From positions 3,176-67,175 of the forward strand of contig CAYLZE010000008.1 of assembly GCA_964388035.1 (NCBI GenBank): a DNA stretch of 64,000 nt, given 5' to 3'. The notes below the pieces were generated by a model that was not told the DNA's origin, did not search any database, and was given only the letters and a program-made list of their open reading frames with translations. Position 1 is the stretch's first letter. Every line of letters starts with the position of its first letter. Source of the stretch: an uncultured archaeon. Its GTDB lineage: Archaea > Asgardarchaeota > Lokiarchaeia > Sigyniarchaeales > SOKP01. Below, piece after piece: positions 20,695-30,976 of this stretch. Position numbers and translations under genes: made by a program.

Positions 20695-21483
20695 TTAGAA
20701 GAAAACAGAGATTAATCCATATAGTAGTTTTGAAACGAATTCTTTTCCTTTTCCTACATGTTCTTGAATATAATAGGTTCTTTTTGGATCTGTCCATCCC
20801 TTTTTTTCCCAATAATTATAATCAACAGGATTTGATAGTTCGGGATTAGCACGATGTTTTTGCTGTATTTTGAAAACCGCAAGCGATAAAATGGACGGGT
20901 TTAAAAAACTTTCCATTTTAATCCCAAAATATAATTTTCTTGCCAATTTAGAGATTGATTTGCTATATCGTTGCTTCAGACTTTCCAAGGAATCAAGAGA
21001 AGATTTAGTAGTAAATCCCTTTGATCCTAACACTTTAAATCCCCAACTGAATGTAGCTGCGCCCATCGTATGGATGGTACGTTTTAAACTTGTTGCATTA
21101 GTCGTAGCGATGAGTAAGGCACATTTCTGATAAAATTCTTGTCGATGACAAATATAAGCTAGTCTATCGATTAAAGCTTTCATGGAAGAGCTTATATCTC
21201 CTACATATACTGGACTCGCAAAAATTATTCCATCGGCATCATGAATCTTGGACTTAATGAGAGGAACATCATCTTTCCAAGGACAAGCCTCCTCCCCAAT
21301 TTCCATGCAAGCACGACATCCTTTGCAATGGTTAATTTCATAATCTCCCAAATATAACTTTTCAAATTCTAATGAATCATTATCTTTTATATTTAATTTC
21401 TCCATTTGCTTTTGTATGAGAGAAACTATTTTAGATGTGTGCCCATTTTTCCTATAACTACTAATAATAGCTACTATTTTCAT
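20695..21483 (-). CDS. Flavodoxin-like NAD(P)H-dependent FMN reductase / iron-sulfur flavoprotein
   Basis: SSYRKNGHT, CKGCRAC...C..KDD, ADGIIFASPVY, MKALIDR. Confidence 0.9.
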   Translation of the reverse strand: MKIVAIISSYRKNGHTSKIVSLIQKQMEKLNIKDNDSLEFEKLYLGDYEINHCKGCRACMEIGEEACPWKDDVPLIKSKIHDADGIIFASPVYVGDISSSMKALIDRLAYICHRQEFYQKCALLIATTNATSLKRTIHTMGAATFSWGFKVLGSKGFTTKSSLDSLESLKQRYSKSISKLARKLYFGIKMESFLNPSILSLAVFKIQQKHRANPELSNPVDYNYWEKKGWTDPKRTYYIQEHVGKGKEFVSKLLYGLISVFF

Positions 21484-21855
21484 TTTTAAAGGTTAGATGT
21501 GTAATTCAATTTTATTACTATGATCAAATATAGTTAATAATCTACATATAAAAGGATGTTCCAGCATGTTTCAAAAAAAATGATACCTGACTCACGTAAA
21601 TTTACTTTTTTCTCAACTTACTTGGAAAAGAAATGATCATTTTGCATGCTAAAATTTCTTCTTAAAGGTATCCAAATTAAAAATTATTATTTTAAACGAT
21701 AAAAGTAAACTAATTATATTTTATACGAGATGAATTTTTATAGCTTTTTGGGGAAATATCGTCATAGAAAAAGTATTAGTGTGGATTAGATTGATAAAGC
21801 TTTTTCTTTTTTCATTTTAAAAAGTTATGATGTTTAATTTATTTGGATTTAATTT

Positions 21856-21878
21856 GATTAATTGTTATTTTTTTTGTA
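21856..21878 (+). repeat. Terminal inverted repeat of ISL3-like element (downstream end)
   Basis: GATTAATTGTTATTTTTTTTGTA. Confidence 0.85.
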
Positions 21879-21881
21879 TAT

Positions 21882-23530
21882 TTAAATAAGCATGGGCTCC
21901 TCTAAATACCATTCGATCCGTCCCGAAAATTGCGTGTTCAACCGCCCTAATATCCGATCCTTCTTAAGAAGATTATTTCCCGCACGAAAGGGCTTTTTAA
22001 ACGCCGTATTGTAATGTTCCATGTTGGCATGCTGAGCATTCGTGAATCCCGGGTGGAGGGAGGCGTATGCGACAAAGCGAAGGAGGGAATCCCGGTGGTT
22101 TTTGAGGGTCCTAATGGCAGTATTGAGCTTCTTGGTGTATTTTTTGGAGGGCTGCAAGGAATCAATTTGATGTCCGTCAATCTCCGCAGGAGGCAAGCGG
22201 GAAAGCTCTCCTACCTGTAAGGTCATTTCCCGATACTCTTTTAAACCGGGATGTCGGGCTAAAAATTCTTTCAAAAAAACTTGGCGCTGGAGCGTCATCT
22301 TTTCCGGCTGGAAAAAAAGAATGGAACACTCTTTGAAAAATTGAATGCTCTCCTCATCCAAAGGCTTCCGAAACTCCAAATAAAAGCTTTTCAACTTTTT
22401 GAGCAGCTCTGTTTTAATGTGGTTCATGCCCTTTTCCGTAAAGCGCTTTTTGGGTAAGTGGGAGGCAAGAGCTGCAAGGAAGGAAGGAAAGTACGAATCA
22501 GAACTTAGCTTGCTTAACAGGCGCTTTAAATTCCGGAAAAAGAGCTCGGGGGTTTGTACTTTAATCAGGGAGAAGACCTGTCCTGTGAGCCGGGCACAGG
22601 AGGAGCTCCGCTCGTGAGATGCTACAAAGGAAGGAACTCGAGGTAGGAGTACTTTTCCTCCCTTATTTCCTCTAATGGCTTTCTCTCTCTTTTGAAGAGT
22701 GCTCACGATGGTTCTCAAAAGGCGTTATTCTCCCCGTTCTGCATCATAGTGGCGTTCCCGATAGCGTAATAAATCCGCCTTGATGGCTCGATTTAATTCC
22801 TGCATGACGTGAAAGAGGTCAATTTGAATGACCTCTTCTCCATAGACTTCGATGATGGCCGCCAGTAGAACGGGAGAGAAATCGCAGGTGATCAGATCGG
22901 GATGGACTCCTAGCTCTTTCAAGCGGTATAAAATGCGACGGGCGTTGTCTAGGGTTTCATCTCGGACAAGGTGAGTGAGAAGGTCCCGTTTTTTAGACTG
23001 GTCAATGACAATAAGACCACAGAGCTTTTTTTTCCGATGAGTTCCCTGCCGACCGAGGTAAACGTGCCATCCAAGGAAACCGTTTTAACCTCTTCGGGAT
23101 GAGTAATGGGCTTTTCCTTCTGGAGCGAAGCCAGGAATTTCTCTCCATGGGCTTTAATCCAGGTAGTAATGGTATCCAAGGGGACCTCCACGTTGAGTTT
23201 TTGATTTAAATCCTTGCAAATAGAAGGAGCGGAGCAATTAAATCGGAAATAACTCTCCAGGGCATAGGTGATGACGGCGGGCGTATATTCTAATTTCGGG
23301 GGATAGTCCGGGTGTTTCGGACTAAAGTAATGCCCGCAAGAACATTCAAAATAGGTGACTTGGAGGCGGATGACCCGTCGTTCCCGGGGCGTACCTAAAT
23401 CTGCAAGGGTTCGCCAATAACTCGAGCGCTTTTTCAATTGAGGACCCCCACATTTCTCACAGGGCCCCTTAAAATAGGCTTCTATGGGAATATCCCCCTG
23501 AGTGGTTTTAATCTCCGTTGGGAACTCCAT
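21882..23530 (-). pseudogene. ISL3-like DDE transposase split by an A8 -1 frameshift (23026-23033) and an in-frame TAA (22725-22727)
   Basis: zf-ISL3-like CEKCG...RTLADL...FECSCG and HTH; D (SLDGT), D (TCDFS), IDLFHVMQ, E (NMEHYN); ORFs 22725..22922 and 21882..22718 are in the same frame. Confidence 0.85.
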
Positions 23531-23617
23531 GAAGAAGTAGATAGTACACCGATAATATTTACGTGTGATATCCCGGTGATAAGGAGAATAGAAAAACAAT
23601 TAAAAGTGGATTCGTTT

Positions 23618-23640
23618 TACAAATAATATAACAATTAATC
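23618..23640 (-). repeat. Terminal inverted repeat of ISL3-like element (upstream end)
   Basis: Reverse complement GATTAATTGTTATATTATTTGTA. Confidence 0.85.
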
Positions 23641-23913
23641 TTTAATTTTTAAATACTTATATTTTTTTTAAGAATAGAGTTTATGGAAGAAATACACTTA
23701 GAAGCTAGAAATGAATTTAACTTTAGTTAAAACCAAATTTAAAGGGTTTTATTCAACATTTTTAGAAATTTACACGAATTGCATCCCTCCTAATTTAAAA
23801 AAGAAATCATTAAGCAAGAGGAAAATTAATAAAATTTTTCAACCAATAGATGAAATATGATTAGAGATTGAAAATTTAATCCAAATAATCGTATAGAAAA
23901 ATTAAAGAATATC

Positions 23914-25296
23914 ATGGATAATCAAAAACGTTTAAAAGAGAGTTCATCTGAACAGACAACTACTCGGGAAATGAGATTTAAGCATGAGAGAGATACCTTA
24001 TTAAATATTTTGAATCAAATGAATCTTGTCTTGTGTTTAATTAATCGAAATCATGAAATTGTTTATTATAATCAAAGATTTCAAGATCTTTTTGGTATTC
24101 CAGATAACAGAAAATGTCATGAGATTTTTAAAAATCTACAAAAAGATTGTGAATCTTGCAATCTTAATACGGATATCGATTATTTAACCAAAAAACTTGA
24201 GGAAATTGAAACAACATCACAAAAAATATATGAAGTTTCCGAAATTCCATATAAAAATTTAAAAGGTGATTTCTTTAAATTAAAAATATTGTATGATATA
24301 ACTGAAATAAGACAGAAAGAAAAAAGCCTCAAAGAAACTAATATAGAACTTAATAATACTATTCAGAAAATTCAACAATTATCCGCAAAATTAGAATTTC
24401 AGTCAGTGTTAATCAATAATATAAATGAAGCGGTAATTGCATCAAATGAAGAGCATGAAATCCAATTTTGGAATAAAGCCGCAGAGAATTTATATGGATG
24501 GAAAAAAAAGGAGGTTCTAGGAAAAAAAGTGCATGATCTTTTAAAAACTAAATATTTCAATGAAAGTCGAAGTAATATTATAGAAATTATTAAGAATGAA
24601 GGCCGTTGGACCGGCAATGTCATTCAAAAGCATAAAGACGGAGATAAAATCGATATTTTCTCTTCCGTGAGAAGGTTTAATAATCCCGTTAATCATGAAG
24701 TAATATATATAATCATTAATCGAGATATTCGCGATATTATTAGCGCTAAAAATAAAATTAATGAAATGACACAATTTCCACTTGGAAATCCTAATCCCGT
24801 ATTAGGGGTAGATAAGGAAAAAATAGTTTATATCAATCCTTCAGCCATTAAACTCTTAAAAAGGAATAAAGGAGAACCAATTCCAATTATATTAAAAGAA
24901 CTAATAGAAACAACATATGATAAAAAAGAGGTTATAACTGAAGAAATAGAAATTGGAAAAGAATTCTATGCCTTTGTTTCAATCTTAGTAGAGGAATTCA
25001 ACTCGATCAATCTTTATGGAATGAATATTACAAAAATGAAGCGAGCAGAAAAAGAATTGAAGCATTCAATTACTATAATTGGACATAAATTGCAAACACC
25101 ATTGACTGTTTTTCAATTAGGGATCCATAACTTGAAGAATATTGGTCATCAAATGACATCCGAACTAAGAACGGAATTATTTAGTGATTTACAAAATAAC
25201 ATAGATGAGTTGACAAATTTGATAAAGAAACTATTAGATAATGCTCGAAATAGCATTAATGGATTTTCTAATAATTACTTTAATCCAAATACTTAA
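23914..25296 (+). CDS. Multi-PAS sensor with HisKA (DHp) domain, lacking the HATPase domain
   Basis: PAS signatures (YNQRF..LFG, WNKAAENLYGW...EVLGK, NPNPV..YINP), H-box GHKLQTPL; ORF ends before any N/G1/G2 boxes. Confidence 0.8.
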   Translation: MDNQKRLKESSSEQTTTREMRFKHERDTLLNILNQMNLVLCLINRNHEIVYYNQRFQDLFGIPDNRKCHEIFKNLQKDCESCNLNTDIDYLTKKLEEIETTSQKIYEVSEIPYKNLKGDFFKLKILYDITEIRQKEKSLKETNIELNNTIQKIQQLSAKLEFQSVLINNINEAVIASNEEHEIQFWNKAAENLYGWKKKEVLGKKVHDLLKTKYFNESRSNIIEIIKNEGRWTGNVIQKHKDGDKIDIFSSVRRFNNPVNHEVIYIIINRDIRDIISAKNKINEMTQFPLGNPNPVLGVDKEKIVYINPSAIKLLKRNKGEPIPIILKELIETTYDKKEVITEEIEIGKEFYAFVSILVEEFNSINLYGMNITKMKRAEKELKHSITIIGHKLQTPLTVFQLGIHNLKNIGHQMTSELRTELFSDLQNNIDELTNLIKKLLDNARNSINGFSNNYFNPNT

Positions 25297-25566
25297 TCTA
25301 TCTATTTCAGAAAAATTGAAAATCTAAAATTTTCATCCTTAATCTAAAAAAAGAAGACTAATTGGCTTCTTATATTAACTTAACCATTCTCACCTTTTTA
25401 GAGGAATTAAACAAAAATTTATGCTTTTTTTTAGATTCATCTAATTAAGTCTTTAAGAGATCTTACGAACAAATACAAGAGTTCAAATCTTTCTTTAAAA
25501 ATTAATGAAATTACAAAACATGTATAGCTTAATTTTTTATTTTTTTTTCCTTTCTTTTAATATATA

Positions 25567-26478
25567 ATGGATGAAATGGATCTCAATATAATCCTCCTCC
25601 TCTTCAATAACTCACGATTAACGTATCGTGAAATTTCGGACTTTTTAGGATTGTCAGTTAATGCTATCTATAAGCGAATACAAGCGCTTATTGAATTAAA
25701 AACCATTAATAGATTTACTGCTAGTTTAAAACCTTATGCCATTAATAGCTTGTATACGTTCATATTCGGCCAATGTAATTCACAAGACATGGAAAGGACG
25801 ATTCAAGAATTGGGAAATCACGAAAATACTTGGCAAATTATTCTCTCAAGTAGAAATTATATGTATATCGGGGCAATGTTAGAAAATATCCATCAATTAG
25901 AGCCTTACACCGCTTTTATTGCAAAAACAGCCCTAATGCAAGCCCCGAAAGTAGGTTTGCTTTCTAACGTGCAATACAAAGCTCCAATTCCATACATTAT
26001 TCCAAAATCAAGTTCAATGCAGTATGATCAATTGGATCAAGAGATAATTCGTTCTTTACGTTATGATTCGAGAAAACCCATTGCAGAAATCGCGGAGGAT
26101 ATCAACAGAACATCAAATACTGTTCGACGTAGATTAAATCGGTTGATAAATGAAGGAATTATTGATCTTTCCATTCAATTCAATCCAGAGGCTTCGAAAG
26201 ATATTTTTGCATTGTTCCAAATTACCCTCCCTCCATATATAGAAAAAATAGAATTTGCCAAATATTTGAACGAGAAATATCATCCCCATCTATTTTATAT
26301 TTGGTCCTTTAGCAACTTACCAAGTCTAATATTATGTTGGGTTTGGGTCAATAGCATGAAAGAATTTAATGACTTAATTGAAAATGTAAAAAGAGAAAAA
26401 ATTGAGTCCTTGCTTTTTGATATAATGTACAAAGTTTATTATTTTGAAACGTGGAAAGAAAAATTGGTTCAAGATTAA
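25567..26478 (+). CDS. Tandem Lrp/AsnC-family transcriptional regulator
   Basis: Two AsnC HTH units (MDEMD..I...L..NSR..YREI; DQLD..I..SL..DSRKPIAEIA...TVRRRL). Confidence 0.88.
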   Translation: MDEMDLNIILLLFNNSRLTYREISDFLGLSVNAIYKRIQALIELKTINRFTASLKPYAINSLYTFIFGQCNSQDMERTIQELGNHENTWQIILSSRNYMYIGAMLENIHQLEPYTAFIAKTALMQAPKVGLLSNVQYKAPIPYIIPKSSSMQYDQLDQEIIRSLRYDSRKPIAEIAEDINRTSNTVRRRLNRLINEGIIDLSIQFNPEASKDIFALFQITLPPYIEKIEFAKYLNEKYHPHLFYIWSFSNLPSLILCWVWVNSMKEFNDLIENVKREKIESLLFDIMYKVYYFETWKEKLVQD

Positions 26479-26637
26479 AGATTATTAAACTGATAAAGGC
26501 TAATGTTTTCAGATTTTTTTTAAAATTCATAATTATTGACCCATTTCCTATTCTTAATACTTATTTTTTTTATATCCAAATCTTTTAAATATCGAATTTT
26601 ACGATACTATAACAAAAAGTCATGGTAAAATATTAAT

Positions 26638-27159
26638 ATGGAAAAAAAAAGTGTATCGACCTCAAAAGTACAAATAGCTCAAATTATGATGCCCAATAAT
26701 TCTAATCCTTCAGGAAATATTTTCGGAGGCGTGATCATGAGCATCATAGATAATGCCGCTGCAATCGCTGCATTGAGACACACGCATCATAATTGTGTGA
26801 CCGCATCGGTTGATAGAATTGATTTTTTGTCCCCTGTATATGTGGGTAATCTGGTAATAGCAAAAGCATCCGTCAACTATGTATCACATACTTCCATGGA
26901 AATAGGGGTGAAAGTAGAAGCAGAATGCCTTCTCAAAGGCACTAAATCCCATATTGCATCTGCTTATTTAACATTCGTAGCGCTCGATGAAAATGATAAA
27001 CCAACTAGCGCACCTGAGCTAATATTAGAGTCTGAGGAAGAGAAAAGAAGATTTGAAGAAGGCAAAATTAGAAGGGAATCAAGAATAAAGAAAAGAAAAA
27101 GGGTATCACCTAATGCACCCTGTATAGATAGATCAAATAGGCGAGGACTTTCATTTTGA
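26638..27159 (+). CDS. Acyl-CoA thioesterase (hotdog, YciA-like)
   Basis: N..GNIFGG..M..ID, VTASVD.IDFL.PV.VG, TSMEIGV.V, YLTFVALDE. Confidence 0.92.
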   Translation: MEKKSVSTSKVQIAQIMMPNNSNPSGNIFGGVIMSIIDNAAAIAALRHTHHNCVTASVDRIDFLSPVYVGNLVIAKASVNYVSHTSMEIGVKVEAECLLKGTKSHIASAYLTFVALDENDKPTSAPELILESEEEKRRFEEGKIRRESRIKKRKRVSPNAPCIDRSNRRGLSF

Positions 27160-27252
27160 ACAATCAATAATAAAAAATGAAAGGAAAGAGTAATTCTGAA
27201 ACAAAAAATCTAAAGAAAGTTAATTGGGAAAAAAAGAGGGCATAATTTGGTT

Positions 27253-27546
27253 CTATTTAACATTATTATGTTCTTTAAGTTCCACGTTGGATAACTTTTC
27301 TTTTAGATCCTCCGAGGGATTAAACACGTTTAGAAGACAAATGAGAGAGTCATGAATTGCATAAATATTATCAAATCCGGTATCATAAAAGATACTTTCT
27401 TTTTCAAAATTAATTTGAATGATCTCCGACAACCCTATTAGACCTTCTTTAATGATTTCATAATATTCCAATGCTTCATTAAAATCTTGTAGAGAATTTT
27501 TTTTTCCCGACATGTTATAATTCCTCGAAAATTTCAATTTACTCAT
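27253..27546 (-). CDS. Hypothetical protein
   Basis: Isolated 97-aa acidic helical ORF; no motif recognised. Confidence 0.55.
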   Translation of the reverse strand: MSKLKFSRNYNMSGKKNSLQDFNEALEYYEIIKEGLIGLSEIIQINFEKESIFYDTGFDNIYAIHDSLICLLNVFNPSEDLKEKLSNVELKEHNNVK

Positions 27547-27820
27547 ACATAGTTCACTTTAATTAAATTGTATCAAGCTGGACTATAAAATGATCTTTAG
27601 TCCAATTTTTAACGAGTTATACCCTAAATATATACCGATGATCTTCGTGAAATGTTGATTTCCCGTTGATTTTAATATTTGTAGATATCACATTTTAAAT
27701 TATAAGAATAAATATAATCGACAATTTCAAAATGTCTTTTGCATGAAAATTTTGATCACTTTCACTTGCGATTTCAGATAAATTTAATCATTTCTTCCTC
27801 TAATGGATTATTCTTTTAAA

Positions 27821-28951
27821 TCAAAGCAGAGCATCAAATAAATAATCCGTAATATATCTAGTCTTTTTATCGTTTTGGGTTTTATAAGCAACATATCTAT
27901 AATTAAATACACACAAAGGACAAGAAGAGATAATTTCCTCTGATTTCGATTCTTTAAGTATCGTTGTTCCGATTTTGATACTTAGCCCAGAATCCACTCC
28001 TCTTATTCCCGATCCTGCCCCGCAACACTTAGTATTTTCTTTATTTTTTGTCAATTCTTTAACTTTTGTGTTAGTCTTTTCAAGAAGTTCTCGTGGTTCT
28101 TCATAGACATCAAAACCTTTAATTTTTCGCCCCGTTCTACACGCATCATGATACGTAACGGAATTATTCGCTGGCTTAAATTGTATTTTCCCCTTCTCCT
28201 CCAATTCCCGGATTATTTGAACCACGTGCTTGACATTAATATCGAAATTCTCAACATACTTGGGATAAATGTTATTAAAAGCATATAAACACCCTCCACA
28301 AGTAACAATCAAGGTTTTTATCCCGTGTTTTTTGAATAAAGCGAAATTCTCATTAAAGATTTGTTTCGATAATTCAAGATTACCTGCACTATAGATATAT
28401 TCACCGCAACAGGGTTCATTTCTTAATATTTTAAAGTCATAACCTCCTCTTTTTAGGATTTCATACGACGCACTAGCACTTTCTTTTACTCTGAAAGAGG
28501 ACATGCATCCTAAAAAAAGTAGCGTATCTGATTCTTTATCTTCAAAAAGTTCATTATTTTTATAGTTCTCTGGAAGCCAATCTAAGCGTTCTTCGGGATT
28601 TCCATTTACAGAATTTCCTTTTTCTAATATTCCTTTTATTATATTTTTATGAACGTCTAAGGGAGCCTGATCTAATTCCACCAATCTTGTTTTAGAAGCA
28701 TGAATCATTTCGGAAATGGGAATATCTTGAGGACAAACTAGATCACAAGAAGAGCATGAAGTACATGTATATATCGCGATTAATTCCTCATTAGTCAGAA
28801 TATCGCCCGTGAACACTTTTTCAGCAATTTTTAATCTTCCATAAGGAGATTTTAAGGGATCCTGAGTTACTTCAAAAGTATCGCACTCATCATTACATAC
28901 TTTACAATCTACACAGGATTGTATCACGTCCAAAATTTTTGAATCATTCAT
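27821..28951 (-). CDS. HdrD/GlpC-like (Fe-S)-binding oxidoreductase with two CCG domains
   Basis: CxxCxxCxxxC twice, GC, E.CCG, YHDAC..GR, CCGAG.G, SSCPLC. Confidence 0.9.
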   Translation of the reverse strand: MNDSKILDVIQSCVDCKVCNDECDTFEVTQDPLKSPYGRLKIAEKVFTGDILTNEELIAIYTCTSCSSCDLVCPQDIPISEMIHASKTRLVELDQAPLDVHKNIIKGILEKGNSVNGNPEERLDWLPENYKNNELFEDKESDTLLFLGCMSSFRVKESASASYEILKRGGYDFKILRNEPCCGEYIYSAGNLELSKQIFNENFALFKKHGIKTLIVTCGGCLYAFNNIYPKYVENFDINVKHVVQIIRELEEKGKIQFKPANNSVTYHDACRTGRKIKGFDVYEEPRELLEKTNTKVKELTKNKENTKCCGAGSGIRGVDSGLSIKIGTTILKESKSEEIISSCPLCVFNYRYVAYKTQNDKKTRYITDYLFDALL

Positions 28952-28993
28952 TATTATCTAATAATTTACTATATTCTTATGAATTTTTTTTAT

Positions 28994-29788
28994 TCATTTT
29001 TTTTTCCAAGGTTCTTTTTCTAATTCTGAAATAATGAATTTCTTAAATTGAGAGCTTAAAATGAATGCATTCTTGGGATCATGGGTAAATAAATAGAAAC
29101 GATAAGAATCCGAAATACGTGGGCTTACATTCCATTCATATCTTCCTCCCAAGGGATCATTGATAGTAAAAGTGTACTCTGAATTGATAGAATTGATAGC
29201 TACCCAGTGAAATCCTCTATTTAAGGTTAATGAGGGAATTTTATTATAATACTTCGCGTTTAAATGAGACCAAAGGATTTTAATTTTTTTTTCATATTTT
29301 CTGTTATCATTTTTAAAATCATTTTTAGTAAAATAAAGACTGCCCGTACCATCGGGATATTCTTGCTGTTGAGGAAAAAACGCTCCACCAAAAAGATAAA
29401 ATAAAATTTTTAAATCGGCATCGGTTCGCATGGTCTGAGCAAAAATTTGTAACATTTTCGAGTTAATGCGGTTTTCCATTTGTAAGGTCGGCTCCTTAAA
29501 TTCATGGATAATGATTGGCATGTAATCATGTACAAGTGACTCATTTTGCTTCAAGATATAGGCATTCAAGATATTAGAGCCTATACATTTTAATAATATA
29601 TAACTCAAGCTATAAGCCCATTTTAATTCCTCTTTTAATTGATTCTTATTTGTAGAAATATAATTACTTATTTCACCCAGAATGATTTTATAATTAACAT
29701 TACTCTCGGGATTAATCATCATTAAAAATGTACTAAGCCCACACCCATTGGGTAATTGAGAATATAGGGGCAAATCATATTTCTTCAT
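28994..29788 (-). CDS. Putative C39-like (papain-fold) cysteine peptidase
   Basis: YSQLPNGCG, FHWVAI, INDP give a Q/C-H-D arrangement. Confidence 0.6.
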   Translation of the reverse strand: MKKYDLPLYSQLPNGCGLSTFLMMINPESNVNYKIILGEISNYISTNKNQLKEELKWAYSLSYILLKCIGSNILNAYILKQNESLVHDYMPIIIHEFKEPTLQMENRINSKMLQIFAQTMRTDADLKILFYLFGGAFFPQQQEYPDGTGSLYFTKNDFKNDNRKYEKKIKILWSHLNAKYYNKIPSLTLNRGFHWVAINSINSEYTFTINDPLGGRYEWNVSPRISDSYRFYLFTHDPKNAFILSSQFKKFIISELEKEPWKKK

Positions 29789-30173
29789 TTGATAAATAAT
29801 TCTAAAACTGAATATAATTAAAATTAATGATTTTTATCTCGTCAGCTCGATTCAATATAAAATATTTTGGATGGAATCAAGAAAAAAGAAATAAGAATAT
29901 GTTATCATTTAAGGCAAGATATTTTAAATCTGAAGCAAGGAAGCGTCTGCTAATTCTTTTAAAAGTTTATTTCGAATAGAACCTTCAATAACTGCCTCTT
30001 CCTTGGCTTCTCCAAAACTTTTTATTAATTCTTTATCGACAAACATCGTGATTTTTATTTACTTCTTTATATATAAACTCAAAGAAAATGTATCAGATAT
30101 AGGTAAATGAGTTTTTATAATAATCCAATTGGATTTCTAATTTGCTTATTTTTAAAAAGAATAAAGAATGGAA

Positions 30174-30920
30174 TTAATAAAAAAGATTTTCTAGCTTGCA
30201 GTATCCAACTACATCATCCCGTAAAAATATTTGAAATGGGAAGGTTTTATCTTTATAGGGTTTAAGAATTTCTAAAAGCCGACCATGATAAGGGCTTTCA
30301 AACATTTCTTTATTTTCCATTCCTACACCTTCAGAATATTGATATTGCTGCAGTACAAAATTACCCTCAAAATAATTACTTTCTAAGAATTTTAAGATTA
30401 GATCAATGTCCTCTGGAACATGAAGATTCTCAACATAAGTAGTACGTACTTCAAAATCAAGACTTTTTTCTTCATTAATAAGTTCAAAGGATCGAATAAT
30501 TACTTCTGGTTTTATCTCGACTTTAGTTATCCGCTTCAATTGTTCTCGTTCAAGTGGGCCTTTGATATCCAAAGCAAATCGATTCACGTGAGGAATAAGG
30601 CTCTCGATTACTCGAGGATTGGAGCCATTTGTATCAATACTAATATATTTATTCAATTTTGAAGCACGAATGCAAAAATCTAGTAGATCTTTTTGTAAGG
30701 TGGGCTCCCCTCCTGTAATACTTATTGCACTCACTAAATAATTGTTTTTAATCAAGGTAAGAAGTTCACTAATACTATATTCTTTTCCCACTTTAAGGTT
30801 TAATAAATATTTATTATGGCAAAATTCACACTTAAAATTACATCCCACCGTGAAAAAAACCATGCTTGATTTCCCAGGAATATCTTTCGTGGAAATTTCT
30901 ATTATCCCGCCCAGTTTAAT
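30174..30920 (-). CDS. nrdG: Anaerobic ribonucleoside-triphosphate reductase activating protein (radical SAM); probable ATT start at 30920
   Basis: GCNFKCEFCHN, ITGGEPTLQ, IDTNGS, ALDIK, EVRTT; conserved-looking N-terminus IKLGGIIEISTKDIPG lies upstream of the tracked ATG (30863). Confidence 0.85.
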   Translation of the reverse strand: MKLGGIIEISTKDIPGKSSMVFFTVGCNFKCEFCHNKYLLNLKVGKEYSISELLTLIKNNYLVSAISITGGEPTLQKDLLDFCIRASKLNKYISIDTNGSNPRVIESLIPHVNRFALDIKGPLEREQLKRITKVEIKPEVIIRSFELINEEKSLDFEVRTTYVENLHVPEDIDLILKFLESNYFEGNFVLQQYQYSEGVGMENKEMFESPYHGRLLEILKPYKDKTFPFQIFLRDDVVGYCKLENLFY

Positions 30921-30976
30921 TCAACTTTCACCTTCTTTTTGAATTAAAGATTCTATAATTAAAATTAGTTATTGTA

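Larger units (their letters stand above)
21856..23640 (-). mobile_element. ISL3-like insertion sequence (1785 bp) with TIRs and 8-bp TSD
   Basis: 23-bp TIRs at 21856-21878 and 23618-23640 (21/23 match); TTTAATTT duplicated at 21848-21855 and 23641-23648; GC-richer interior; transposase motifs. Confidence 0.9.
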
